The notes beneath the pieces are model-generated. The model was not told where the DNA came from and did not search any database. It worked only from the letters and a program-made list of their open reading frames with translations. Below are positions 8,550 to 16,661 of a stretch of 34,527 nt of DNA, piece after piece. The first letter of the stretch is position 1. Every line of letters starts with the position of its first letter. The DNA lies in IMG/VR virus record IMGVR_UViG_3300048630_000409, positions 1-34,527 of that record; one strand, 5' to 3'. The translations under genes were made by a program, and so were the position numbers. Source of the DNA: a virus. Lineage: Duplodnaviria > Caudoviricetes.

Positions 8550-8794
8550 TGGGAATCGTCCCAATGCTCGTTGAGGATCGCAGCGACCTTCTCGGCCACA
8601 GCCTCGGGATTTTCGACGTATCCCGCGATGATAAGCAGCGGGAAGCAAAGGCCGATACTCGTTCCGCCTTCGACCTGCTTCGGTGCCCGCTGATAATGCA
8701 CAGCGACCGCGTTACGCATGTCCTCGCGCGAGAGGTTGCGTAGGTAGGCGGTCGCGCTGACCGTGAAGCACTTGTGGGGTTCTGTCGTCGCCAT
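8546..8794 (-). CDS. Hypothetical phage protein (82 aa)
   Basis: MATTEPHKCF; GAGGGG SD; TGATG coupling. Confidence 0.65.
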   Translation of the reverse strand: MATTEPHKCFTVSATAYLRNLSREDMRNAVAVHYQRAPKQVEGGTSIGLCFPLLIIAGYVENPEAVAEKVAAILNEHWDDSQ

Positions 8795-9000
8795 CACCCC
8801 TCTCCCGTCAGCGATGCAGCGCGGGCGCGTACGGCGGCCGCACACGGACCGCAGAGGTCGGTGTTTGGATCGGTCGCGCCAATCCGCCCGCAATCACCAC
8901 AGGACGCGACTGCCAAATCGAGCAGTTCGTGATCGCTGCGGGACCGCCCAAAGCGGCACCGATCCTCTGCTCGCGCAAATAGGGTTTCGGCCCGGCTCAC
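8794..9000 (-). CDS. Small Cys-rich (CxxC...CxxC) protein
   Basis: SCGDCG...LCGPCA; coupled overlaps. Confidence 0.6.
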   Translation of the reverse strand: MSRAETLFARAEDRCRFGRSRSDHELLDLAVASCGDCGRIGATDPNTDLCGPCAAAVRARAASLTGEG

Positions 9001-9443
9001 GATCCGACGCCCACAATCGACCGATCCACCCCCACAGCATCATCCCGCAGCGCATCGAACGGCCGCTCCGGCTCGAAATCGAACACCGGCAGCGCGAACA
9101 GCTCGTCGGCGTAGAGCGGGCGAACCGCCTTCGGCGCCCCGGTGACCTCGCACTTGCGCCAGATTGCCTGCGACTTGCGCTTGATCGCGTAGCTGCGCAG
9201 GGCGCCGGCCCGGCGCGCTTCATCGCGCGCGTGGATCAGCAGCGCATCCTTGTGCTGCAGGCCGGTTGCGTCCTGGGCATTGGCGAGCGCGTCGGTCAGA
9301 TCGGCGGGGGTGCCGATGTCGAGCGGGATTGCAGGGTGCAGCGAGCCGTGCGGGACGCGCCATGCCCGAAACGTGGTCGTCCTGGCTCCGTATGCGACGG
9401 CCGGGGCCAGCGAGAGGCGGTGAAGGCGTTCGGGCTGGCTCAT
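8997..9443 (-). CDS. Hypothetical phage protein (148 aa)
   Basis: Start MSQPERLH in ATGA overlap; GGAGG SD. Confidence 0.7.
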   Translation of the reverse strand: MSQPERLHRLSLAPAVAYGARTTTFRAWRVPHGSLHPAIPLDIGTPADLTDALANAQDATGLQHKDALLIHARDEARRAGALRSYAIKRKSQAIWRKCEVTGAPKAVRPLYADELFALPVFDFEPERPFDALRDDAVGVDRSIVGVGS

Positions 9444-9877
9444 GCTGCAGCCCTCCGCGTCTCCGCGACGTGGACGAACGTCTTCTTCGAGATGGGATCG
9501 CGGTTTTCGTCGAGCGTCAAGATCGTGATGCTGCGGATCGCGGACCACGGGATCAGTTCGCAGCCCTTGTAGAAGAAGTCTTCGACACCCTCTTCGGTCA
9601 GCGAGCGCAAATCGGCATCGCCGCGATAGCTGACGTGCTGGATGTCGAGGCACGTCCGACGCGGCAGCGCATAGCCGTTTGCATCGCGTGGGGGATGCAG
9701 CTTCGCACCGACGAAGGGCCGGATCAGATCGGCCAGCTCGGCAGTGGTGACCTCCGTGAAGGCCTGTCCACGCCCGCCCGCTACCTCAGCGGACGTGGAG
9801 GTTGCGCCGGCGGAGCGCGCTGGGGGGACGGCGCGCGGACGGTGGGGGGCGGTAGCGACGGCAGAAGAGAGTGCCAC
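9440..9877 (-). CDS. First gene of leftward early operon, hypothetical (145 aa)
   Basis: GTG start with GGAG SD just downstream of the PL-like promoter. Confidence 0.65.
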   Translation of the reverse strand: MALSSAVATAPHRPRAVPPARSAGATSTSAEVAGGRGQAFTEVTTAELADLIRPFVGAKLHPPRDANGYALPRRTCLDIQHVSYRGDADLRSLTEEGVEDFFYKGCELIPWSAIRSITILTLDENRDPISKKTFVHVAETRRAAA

Positions 9878-9941
9878 GGTTCGATCTCCAACTTGGAACC
9901 GGGGTCTTCGGCCCGAAGGCGATCACCCGGTGTTGGAGATA

Positions 9942-9994
9942 CTTATGGTTGGACTAATCCAACCTGTCAACAGAAAAGTTGGATTGCTCCAACC
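9942..9994 (-). promoter_or_regulatory. PL-like promoter with two repressor operators (OL)
   Basis: Minus-strand TTGACA (9970-9965), 17 nt, CATAAG; operators GGTTGGACTAATCCAACC (9947-9964) and AGTTGGATTGCTCCAACC (9977-9994) flank the -35. Confidence 0.85.
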
Positions 9995-10011
9995 TTACCG
10001 AAAATGCGCGC

Positions 10012-10269
10012 CTACTCGTCGGCAATCGCCAGCCAGGCCTGATACATGCAGGCGCACTGGTCGGGATGAGGGCACTCGAAGAATGGCACCGGCTCGATCT
10101 GGTCGATTGGAATGCGGGCCTCGTTCATTTCCGCCGCTCTAGGACAAGGCCCGGCGGCCATATTGGAGGCGCGAAATCGGAATAGCTCAATGCCTGCATC
10201 GCGCGCCTGCTCAATTCGGCGACTGCAGTGCTGACGCTTCTCATCTGGCGTAGGGTATCGCTTACTCAC
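10012..10269 (-). CDS. Cys-rich protein co-transcribed with cI (85 aa)
   Basis: GTGA overlap with lipoprotein gene; GPCPRA...PVPFFECPHPDQCACMY. Confidence 0.65.
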   Translation of the reverse strand: MSKRYPTPDEKRQHCSRRIEQARDAGIELFRFRASNMAAGPCPRAAEMNEARIPIDQIEPVPFFECPHPDQCACMYQAWLAIADE

Positions 10270-10595
10270 GCGCAGTTGCGGAAGCGATTGCGCCACTTGC
10301 CTGACAAGATGGGCCCACCCCAGCGCATCTCTGCACGCGTCGGGTCGGCCTCATGGATCGTAATGGTCCACATGGTGAACCCACCCTCTTCCCATACCAT
10401 AATGCGGCGATTCTCGGTTCGGATCGTCGAGGGCGTGCCGGCGTTCGCCAGTGCCAGCGCGATACACTCCTCCAGCTCACCCGGCGACTTGCTCGTTTCA
10501 TAGGAAATCTGTGCTTCGCGCTGATCCAGATCGCCCGCCGTGGCACACCCGGCGATCGCCGCAGTTGCAATGGCGGCCAGAGCTTTGCGAAACAT
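10266..10595 (-). CDS. Lipoprotein in immunity region, candidate superinfection exclusion
   Basis: MFRKALAAIATAAIAG-C signal peptide II with lipobox; AGGAGG SD; directly downstream of cI. Confidence 0.8.
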   Translation of the reverse strand: MFRKALAAIATAAIAGCATAGDLDQREAQISYETSKSPGELEECIALALANAGTPSTIRTENRRIMVWEEGGFTMWTITIHEADPTRAEMRWGGPILSGKWRNRFRNCA

Positions 10596-10603
10596 ATCCC
10601 CTC

Positions 10604-11230
10604 CTATTGAACGTCGATTATTGCCCTCGCTCGCGCCGGCAGCACGAACATGACAGGCGTCGCCCAGGCGACTTCCACGTCTTCGATATCCGCAGCGTTT
10701 AGAGAGCGAAGGGTGAACAGCCCGTCGCCCGATCCTTTCGCGAGTTGCTTCAGATAGGTCTCGCCAGTCTCCAATCTGATCGCGCAATCTTCGCCTATAT
10801 AATCTGGTAGAACGCCTTCATGCTGACGCTGAATGTAAATGATGTCGCCATCCTTATACTTCGGCAACATTGAGTCGCCGCGGACTAGCAGTGCGACCAA
10901 TTTTCCCGAAACGCCCGGGGCGGCAGGAACCGTGTGGTCGGGCTCCAGCACTTCGCCGATGTCTTCAAAAACTACCGTTCCGCCGGCACCGATATAACCG
11001 ACGACAGGGACGCGCGGCCGAGCAAGTAGGCGATCAACGGAGACGTCCAGCGCGCCAGCCAGCTTGACCAGCGTGCTCAGTCGAACGTCATCGGTCTTTT
11101 CGAGTAGATCCTTCACCAAGGATTTATTCGTGCCGACTCGCTGCGAGAGCGTCGTGGGAGCGATATTCTTCTGGGTCATCACCGCTCGCAGCGCCTCACG
11201 GATGCTCGCGATGTCGATGTCCTTTTCCAT
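10604..11230 (-). CDS. cI: CI-like repressor (XRE HTH + S24 autopeptidase)
   Basis: N-terminal HTH (TLSQRVGTNKSLVKDLL...STLVKLAGAL), GYIGAG cleavage region, VRGDSMLP (Ser) and YLKQL (Lys); divergent from cro. Confidence 0.93.
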   Translation of the reverse strand: MEKDIDIASIREALRAVMTQKNIAPTTLSQRVGTNKSLVKDLLEKTDDVRLSTLVKLAGALDVSVDRLLARPRVPVVGYIGAGGTVVFEDIGEVLEPDHTVPAAPGVSGKLVALLVRGDSMLPKYKDGDIIYIQRQHEGVLPDYIGEDCAIRLETGETYLKQLAKGSGDGLFTLRSLNAADIEDVEVAWATPVMFVLPARARAIIDVQ

Positions 11231-11282
11231 GCGCGCATTTAGCCCGCCAGACCACGCTCCGGGTAGGCAGGACAAATCCGTC

Positions 11283-11311
11283 TTGACGGTTGGATTAATC
11301 CAACCTACTCT
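11283..11311 (+). promoter_or_regulatory. PR-like promoter with perfect palindromic operator (OR)
   Basis: TTGACG (11283-11288), 17 nt, TACTCT (11306-11311); GGTTGGATTAATCCAACC (11288-11305) fills the spacer and matches the OL sites. Confidence 0.9.
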
Positions 11312-11319
11312 CACGAACC

Positions 11320-11520
11320 ATGTCCACGCTGCTTCACGACATCGACGCCTTCAGGAAGCGCCACAAGCTTTCGCGGAGTGCATTCGGCCAGCTCGCCCTG
11401 AACGACAAGGCATTTGTCTTCCAGATTGAGGGTGGCCGCCGCGTTTGGCCAGAGACGGAGGAAAAAGTTCGCGATTTCATGGCGACCTACTCCCCCGACC
11501 AGCGGGAGCAGGCGGCATGA
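11320..11520 (+). CDS. cro: Cro-like regulator (66 aa)
   Basis: LSRSAFGQLALNDKAFVFQIEGGR HTH, divergent from cI. Confidence 0.88.
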   Translation: MSTLLHDIDAFRKRHKLSRSAFGQLALNDKAFVFQIEGGRRVWPETEEKVRDFMATYSPDQREQAA

Positions 11521-11669
11521 GCGGCTCGCGCTACGTTGTGGGCACGGCTGCCCCAACTCTCTTCATCCCGGAGTCGGCGGGCCACGTCCTGCTTAGCGAC
11601 GGTTCGTCCGTAGATGCGCCATCGCGTCGTCAAAAATCTTCTCAAGGAAAATCTGACAATGCTGCTTGA
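11517..11669 (+). CDS. Small hypothetical protein (50 aa)
   Basis: ATGA-coupled to cro; 3' part overlaps an antisense gene. Confidence 0.4.
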   Translation: MSGSRYVVGTAAPTLFIPESAGHVLLSDGSSVDAPSRRQKSSQGKSDNAA

Positions 11670-11880
11670 TCGCATACACGCGGTCTGCCCCGATCGTATT
11701 GGGCATGGCGTCGGCCTTCTCGGTTTGACGCAAGATCGCATCGAACAGTTCTCGGGCCTGCGCATCCGAGTAACCGGCCTGAATGACGGCGAACGCCCAA
11801 AGGTGCGCGGTCGCGACATTCTGCGCGGCGAGACTGCCGAAAATCTGATCTGTGGTCGCAAAGTCTTCGGGTGTCGCCAT
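11593..11880 (-). CDS. Antisense moron-like gene, hypothetical (95 aa)
   Basis: MATPEDFATTDQIF...; AAGGGG SD; protein-like helical composition. Confidence 0.65.
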   Translation of the reverse strand: MATPEDFATTDQIFGSLAAQNVATAHLWAFAVIQAGYSDAQARELFDAILRQTEKADAMPNTIGADRVYAIKQHCQIFLEKIFDDAMAHLRTNRR

Positions 11881-11945
11881 TCCGAATCCCCTTCCGGTGG
11901 TTCGATAGCAAGCCGACCCTTTCGCCACCACCAGGATGAAGCGGC

Positions 11946-12380
11946 ATGAGCGCGCAGACGGGCCCCGTTCATCTCATCCTCTCGGCGGACAGCGCATCGC
12001 TGAGCGCTGCAATTGCCTCACTTGGCTCGGTAGCGGACGTGCTTGTTTCCACGGGTGCCGCGCTTGAGGCCATCCCGGATGGCTTCGGCGTATTTTTCGG
12101 CCCCGAATTTCCCGGCTGCCTGCCTGACCTGATACTTGATCGAAGCGACCTGTTCTTCGCTGAAGCGGTCCTTCGCCCCGCAGGTGGGGCACTCGAATTC
12201 ATCTTCAATCCGAGCGATCGGTACCTCGAATTTGTGACCGCAATCGCCGGTTGTGGGCACGTGACCTGTGACGCCGATCTCCATGGCTGGCCGATCCTCT
12301 CTGTTGCTCCTGACAGTGCAACAGTGGCCGAAGCGGGCGGGGAGTCAATATTCTCCGCCCGTGGAGGGCTGCGCTCATGA
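11946..12380 (+). CDS. Hypothetical ORF fully spanning an antisense gene
   Basis: ATGA overlaps at both ends; may be a shadow ORF. Confidence 0.35.
   Translation: MSAQTGPVHLILSADSASLSAAIASLGSVADVLVSTGAALEAIPDGFGVFFGPEFPGCLPDLILDRSDLFFAEAVLRPAGGALEFIFNPSDRYLEFVTAIAGCGHVTCDADLHGWPILSVAPDSATVAEAGGESIFSARGGLRS
12018..12284 (-). CDS. Antisense Zn-ribbon-like protein (88 aa)
   Basis: DCGHKF...FECPTCG; GAGG SD; TTGACT -35 on minus strand at 12348-12343. Confidence 0.7.
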   Translation of the reverse strand: MEIGVTGHVPTTGDCGHKFEVPIARIEDEFECPTCGAKDRFSEEQVASIKYQVRQAAGKFGAEKYAEAIRDGLKRGTRGNKHVRYRAK

Positions 12381-12466
12381 TCCGCGCGACCCTCATCCTC
12401 GCCGGCCGCCGCTACTTCTTCCAGTGGTCGCGCCTCGCGCGTCCCGCGAACGACGGGAGGGCGTGA
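12377..12466 (+). CDS. Small peptide MIRATLILAGRRYFFQWSRLARPANDGRA
   Basis: GGAGG SD and ATGA start; manual translation. Confidence 0.45.
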   Translation: MIRATLILAGRRYFFQWSRLARPANDGRA

Positions 12467-12469
12467 GCC

Positions 12470-12727
12470 GTGGAGGACGTCGCAACCGCCATCTACGCCT
12501 GCATGGTTCTTGCGGTGCCGTTCCTCTTCGGCCTCGCCATCGGCCGCGGCATTCGTCGTCCCAAGCCGACGCTTGAGCACACCTTCGGCTCGCGGGTCAT
12601 CACCGCAATCCATGACGTCCGATCCCGCCGCCAGTTCGTCGGCGAAGGAATGATCGTCAGCAACACGATGCGCATCCAACTGCCGGACGCGCGAGCAATC
12701 GACATCGAAATCCGGGAGCGCACCTGA
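12470..12727 (+). CDS. Hypothetical protein with N-terminal TM helix
   Basis: AIYACMVLAVPFLFGLAIG; GGAGG SD. Confidence 0.65.
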   Translation: MEDVATAIYACMVLAVPFLFGLAIGRGIRRPKPTLEHTFGSRVITAIHDVRSRRQFVGEGMIVSNTMRIQLPDARAIDIEIRERT

Positions 12728-12931
12728 ATGTCCACCGTCACCATCGACACGTCCCCGCCCGGCTCCTGGCGCAACGCGCTCGATCCCGAGGGTCCGCGCT
12801 GCGCCGCCTGCGGACAGAACACCTGCGCCCACAGCGATCTCGTTTTCCACGGCGTCGCGCCTCTGATCGAGCTGAGCGATGCGGCTGGTCCTTCCTCCTT
12901 GCATGATCGGAGTATCGCCCGTGACCGATAG
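12728..12931 (+). CDS. Small Cys/His protein (CAACGQNTCAH)
   Basis: Abuts upstream stop; GGAG SD. Confidence 0.55.
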   Translation: MSTVTIDTSPPGSWRNALDPEGPRCAACGQNTCAHSDLVFHGVAPLIELSDAAGPSSLHDRSIARDR

Positions 12932-13439
12932 CCCTGTCGTTCCGAACCGCACTCCGCTGTCGGAAACGCAGTTCCGCGCCAACTGGCTCGTGGCCCTCGC
13001 GCGCCTTTGCCGCGCGCATGGCGACGACCAGGTCGCGCTCTGGCTTGGCGTGTCCGAGCGTCACCTGCGGAACCTCAAGAGCGGCCAGTCCCTCCCGAGC
13101 GCCGACAAGATCTGGAACCTGCTGGCTTACGACGCCTCGGCCCATGACGAACTGGATGCTGCGTTCGGCGTGAAGAACGTCGACGAGGCCGCGGTCTGCA
13201 CCACCGATCCGCTGACGCTCGACATGATCTCTGTCGCGCAGGAGGTCGCCGAGCACGAGTGCCCGACCAGTCACGGCGGGTCGAAAACCACCGATCACGA
13301 ACTTCGCCAGAAGGACGAGCCCCGTCTGCGCCGGGTGCACGGCATCATCGGCGGCTGGCTTCATCGCCTCGACGCGATGCGCGGCGTGGTGACGCTTCCG
13401 ATTCACCGCCCTTCCCCCACGAAAGCCGAGAGGAACTGA
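12921..13439 (+). CDS. HTH protein in CII-like position
   Basis: DDQVALWLGVSERHLRNLKSGQSLP HTH; GTG start with GGAG. Confidence 0.7.
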   Translation: MTDSPVVPNRTPLSETQFRANWLVALARLCRAHGDDQVALWLGVSERHLRNLKSGQSLPSADKIWNLLAYDASAHDELDAAFGVKNVDEAAVCTTDPLTLDMISVAQEVAEHECPTSHGGSKTTDHELRQKDEPRLRRVHGIIGGWLHRLDAMRGVVTLPIHRPSPTKAERN

Positions 13440-13441
13440 CC

Positions 13442-13816
13442 ATGAATACGCACATCATCGCCGCGCTCATCATCATTCTGTCGAGCAGTGTGGCACTTGC
13501 CACCACCATCCTCTGGCTTCGCGAGCGCAGCCGCCACCGGCAATCGAAGCGCTGCATGCGACAGGCGTTGCAGCTCGCCGACCGGCGGGCTTCACAGATC
13601 GACCGCCTCGAGAACCAGGCGGCAAGTGACGGCAATCGCCTCAGCGAGCTCAGCGTCAGGAACGCCGAGCTGACCAACGAGCGGAACACGCTGCGCGACA
13701 AGATCGCCAAGCTCCAGCCCCTCGCCGACAAGGCCATCGCCGCCCAGCAGCAGCGCCTCCGCGCTTCGCAGGCCGCTGCGCAGAAGCGCCGCAAGGCCAA
13801 GGCCGCCGCACAGTGA
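13442..13816 (+). CDS. Membrane-anchored coiled-coil protein
   Basis: N-terminal TM (IIAALIIILSSSVALATTILWL) then heptad repeats; GAGGA SD. Confidence 0.7.
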   Translation: MNTHIIAALIIILSSSVALATTILWLRERSRHRQSKRCMRQALQLADRRASQIDRLENQAASDGNRLSELSVRNAELTNERNTLRDKIAKLQPLADKAIAAQQQRLRASQAAAQKRRKAKAAAQ

Positions 13817-13830
13817 TCCCGGCGCGGGAC

Positions 13831-13939
13831 GTGGCGGCCGCGAGAGAGGGAGGATGGGTCGTTCATGCCTGTCGCGCCGTCCGGGCGGTGGTCGCCGCTC
13901 CTTCGACCTGAGCCGCCGGCGTGAATCCTCCCCCGCCAC
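13831..13939 (+). ncRNA. Putative structured intergenic RNA
   Basis: Nested complementary segments GTGGCGG/CCGCCAC, GGGAGGAT/ATCCTCCC, TTCATGCC/GGCGTGAA, plus possible pseudoknot GGGTCG/CGACCT. Confidence 0.45.
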
Positions 13940-13964
13940 AGAAATCCCGAATTGGATCGTGACC

Positions 13965-14513
13965 ATGAAAGCCTTCCGCCACCGTCTCCTGCCCTACCTG
14001 CGCGAACTGGCGCGCGACGGCGAGGTCTGCCCGACCAATCGGCAGATCGCAGCGCACTTCGGCGTCGGCATGGAATGCGTGCGCGATGCCTTCGACCGGC
14101 TGCGCGAGCTGCACCGCATTTCGATCGAGCGCGCCGGCAACCGTCGCATCGTGACGATATTGGGCGATGGCCTCACGACAGCCGACCCGCGACCTGCGCC
14201 GGAGCCCATACTGGCCCGCCCTCGCGTTCGGGAGCTCATCGAGGCGGCGTCCCAAGTGTTCGATGTACCGGTCTGCGAAATTGCCTCGGCATCGCGAACC
14301 CGCCGCCACGCGCGCCCCAGACAGGCCGTCTACTATGCCGCATATCAGCATGGCTGGACGTCCGGTCAGATTGGGCGCGTCCTCGGTCGCGACCATTCGA
14401 CGGTCCGGATCGGTCGCGAACGCGCAGCCTCACTCCAAGCGGCCGATCCGGCATATGCGGCGAAGATCGCCGAGCTTCTGAAGCGCGCACCTGCTCCGCG
14501 CGGGGGAGCGTGA
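13965..14513 (+). CDS. wHTH + DnaA C-terminal-like DNA-binding protein
   Basis: CPTNRQIAAHFG (wHTH); EIASASRTRRHARPRQAVYY...QIGRVLGRDHSTV (DnaA domain IV signature). Confidence 0.85.
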   Translation: MKAFRHRLLPYLRELARDGEVCPTNRQIAAHFGVGMECVRDAFDRLRELHRISIERAGNRRIVTILGDGLTTADPRPAPEPILARPRVRELIEAASQVFDVPVCEIASASRTRRHARPRQAVYYAAYQHGWTSGQIGRVLGRDHSTVRIGRERAASLQAADPAYAAKIAELLKRAPAPRGGA

Positions 14514-14515
14514 CA

Positions 14516-15895
14516 ATGCAGATCACGCTGCGTCCTTATCAGCAGGCAGCGATCGACGAGGCGCGCGCAGCCTATGCCCGCGGCGCTCGGTCCGTTCTGT
14601 TCCAACTCCCCACCGGTGGCGGCAAGACGATCACGGCATCGACAGTCGTTCATGGTGCGGCTGAAAAGCGCAACTCCGTCTGGTGGCTAACCCACCGCCG
14701 CGAACTCGCCTCCCAGGCAAGCCAAACCTTCTACGGCCTCGGCATCCCCCATGGCACGATCCAGTCGGGCCACGTCTCGAACCCTCACGCGCTGGTCCAG
14801 GTCGCGAGCATTCAGACGATTGCCCGGCGAATCTCCGATCTACCGCCCCCCAAGCTGATCGTGTTCGACGAGGCGCATCACATCGGGGCGAAGAGCTGGG
14901 ATCAGCTGTTCCACGCATTCCCTGACGCGCGCATCCTCGGGCTGACTGCAACGCCGTGGCGGCTCGACGGTCAAGGCCTCGGGCGCTGGTTCGAGCACAT
15001 GGTCGAGGGCCCAACGACGCGCGAGTTGATCGCCGAGGGAAGCCTGTGCGAGTTCCGATTGTTCGCGCCGTCCAATCCCGACCTCTCGGGTGTTCGAACA
15101 TCGGCTGGCGATTACCAACGCGGCGCGCTCGCGAAGGCCATGGACAAACCCACGATCGTCGGTGACGCGATCGGCCATTATCGTGCGCTCTGCCCCGGCA
15201 AGCGCGCCGTCGTGTTCGCGGCCGGCGTCGAAAACTCGCGCAACATCGTGGCGCAGTTCCGTGCAGCCGGAATCGCCGCCGAGCACGTCGATGGCGGAAT
15301 GGCGAACGAGGAGCGCGACGCGGCGGTCGATCGCTTCCGTCGCGGCGAGACGCTGATCCTCTCGAATGCCGACTTGTTCGGTGAGGGCTTCGATGTGCCC
15401 GCGATCGAAGCGGCGATACTGCTGCGGCCGACGAAGTCGCTCAGCCTGTATCTGCAGCAAGTTGGTCGCGCGCTGCGGCCGATGGACGGGAAGGCCGAGG
15501 CGATCATCCTCGATCACGCCGGCAATTCGCTGACCCATGGCCTTCCCGACGATGCGCGAGAGTGGAGCCTGGACGACCGAGAGAAGAAGCGCCGCACCGC
15601 ACCGACCGAGGTGCCGGTGCGCCAGTGCTCGGAATGCTTCTTCGTCTACCGGCCCGCCGCGAAATGCCCGCAGTGCGGTCATGCACCCGTAGCGGCCCCG
15701 CGCGAGATCGAGCAGGTCGACGGTACGCTCGCCGAGGTGAAGCGCGCCGAGGAGATGATGAAGCGCGCCCGCCGGCTCGAGGAGCGCGACTGCGAGACGC
15801 TGGAGGATTGGCAGAACTTGGCCCGGCAGCGCGGCTATAAGCCCGGGTGGGCGCATCATCGTTGGGTGGCGCGGCAGCGGAGGGCGGCGGCATGA
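14516..15895 (+). CDS. SF2 DEAH helicase with C-terminal Zn ribbon
   Basis: LRPYQ, PTGGGKT, DEAHH, GLTATP, EGFDVP, QQVGRALR, CSEC...CPQCG. Confidence 0.95.
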   Translation: MQITLRPYQQAAIDEARAAYARGARSVLFQLPTGGGKTITASTVVHGAAEKRNSVWWLTHRRELASQASQTFYGLGIPHGTIQSGHVSNPHALVQVASIQTIARRISDLPPPKLIVFDEAHHIGAKSWDQLFHAFPDARILGLTATPWRLDGQGLGRWFEHMVEGPTTRELIAEGSLCEFRLFAPSNPDLSGVRTSAGDYQRGALAKAMDKPTIVGDAIGHYRALCPGKRAVVFAAGVENSRNIVAQFRAAGIAAEHVDGGMANEERDAAVDRFRRGETLILSNADLFGEGFDVPAIEAAILLRPTKSLSLYLQQVGRALRPMDGKAEAIILDHAGNSLTHGLPDDAREWSLDDREKKRRTAPTEVPVRQCSECFFVYRPAAKCPQCGHAPVAAPREIEQVDGTLAEVKRAEEMMKRARRLEERDCETLEDWQNLARQRGYKPGWAHHRWVARQRRAAA

Positions 15896-16026
15896 GCCGC
15901 CCCGCCGCCCCCAACTGGAAACCCGGGCGCTGCATCGACTGCGGTGCGCCCCATCCCTGCCTCTCGCGCGAGGGTCGGCATGGCCCTTGGCGCTGTGCCT
16001 CTTGCCATTTCGGGAGGCGCGTATGA
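15892..16026 (+). CDS. Small Zn-finger protein (44 aa)
   Basis: Manual translation MSRPAAPNWKPGRCIDCGAPHPCLSREGRHGPWRCASCHFGRRV; ATGA overlaps at both ends. Confidence 0.6.
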   Translation: MSRPAAPNWKPGRCIDCGAPHPCLSREGRHGPWRCASCHFGRRV

Positions 16027-16661
16027 GCCAGAACCGCTCGTCAGCCGTGATGCAGCAGCGCAGCGAGCCGCACGACAGCCTCGACGACTTCCCGACTCCG
16101 CCTTGGGCGACGCGGGCGCTGTGTGAGTTTCTGCGGCATGGCCCTCCTTCTCTCCCCTTGGGCGACTTCACTGTCCGCGAGCCCTGCGCAAACCGCGGCT
16201 ACATGGTGCGGCCGCTGAGCGAGTATTTCCGCTGCGTCGTCGCCAGCGACGTGCATGATTACGGCGTCGGATTCGAGGTCGAGGACTTCCTGTTTCCCGC
16301 CCCGATCGCCGAGGTCGACTTCACCTGCATGAACCCGCCATTTCGTCTGGCGGAGCAATTCATCGAGCGGGCACTTTCAACGTCGCGCTTCGGTTGCGCG
16401 GCTATCCTTCGCAGCGCTTTCCTTGAAGGAATCGGACGCCACGAACGCTTGTTCTCGGAGCGCCCCCCCTCCTACGTGCTGCAGTTCGTGGAGCGCGTAC
16501 CGATGGTTAAGGGTCGCGTAGATCCCGAAGCAGCAAGTGCAACGGCCTACGCCTGGCTCGTCTGGCTCCATCGGGAGCACGATTCACGGGTCCGCTGGAT
16601 TCCGCCCTGCCGAAAGCGCCTGGAGCGCCCCGGCGACTATCCGGAGGTCGCCGCGGCATGA
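16023..16661 (+). CDS. Amino (N6-adenine) DNA methyltransferase
   Basis: DDFPTPPWAT, EPCANRG (SAM-binding), ASDVHDYG, catalytic NPPF. Confidence 0.88.
   Translation: MSQNRSSAVMQQRSEPHDSLDDFPTPPWATRALCEFLRHGPPSLPLGDFTVREPCANRGYMVRPLSEYFRCVVASDVHDYGVGFEVEDFLFPAPIAEVDFTCMNPPFRLAEQFIERALSTSRFGCAAILRSAFLEGIGRHERLFSERPPSYVLQFVERVPMVKGRVDPEAASATAYAWLVWLHREHDSRVRWIPPCRKRLERPGDYPEVAAA

Noticed and set aside
11605-11613. CGTCCGTAG copy in the early region
   Set aside because: Lies inside coding sequence and lacks the 32-33 nt spacing to a start codon; probably chance
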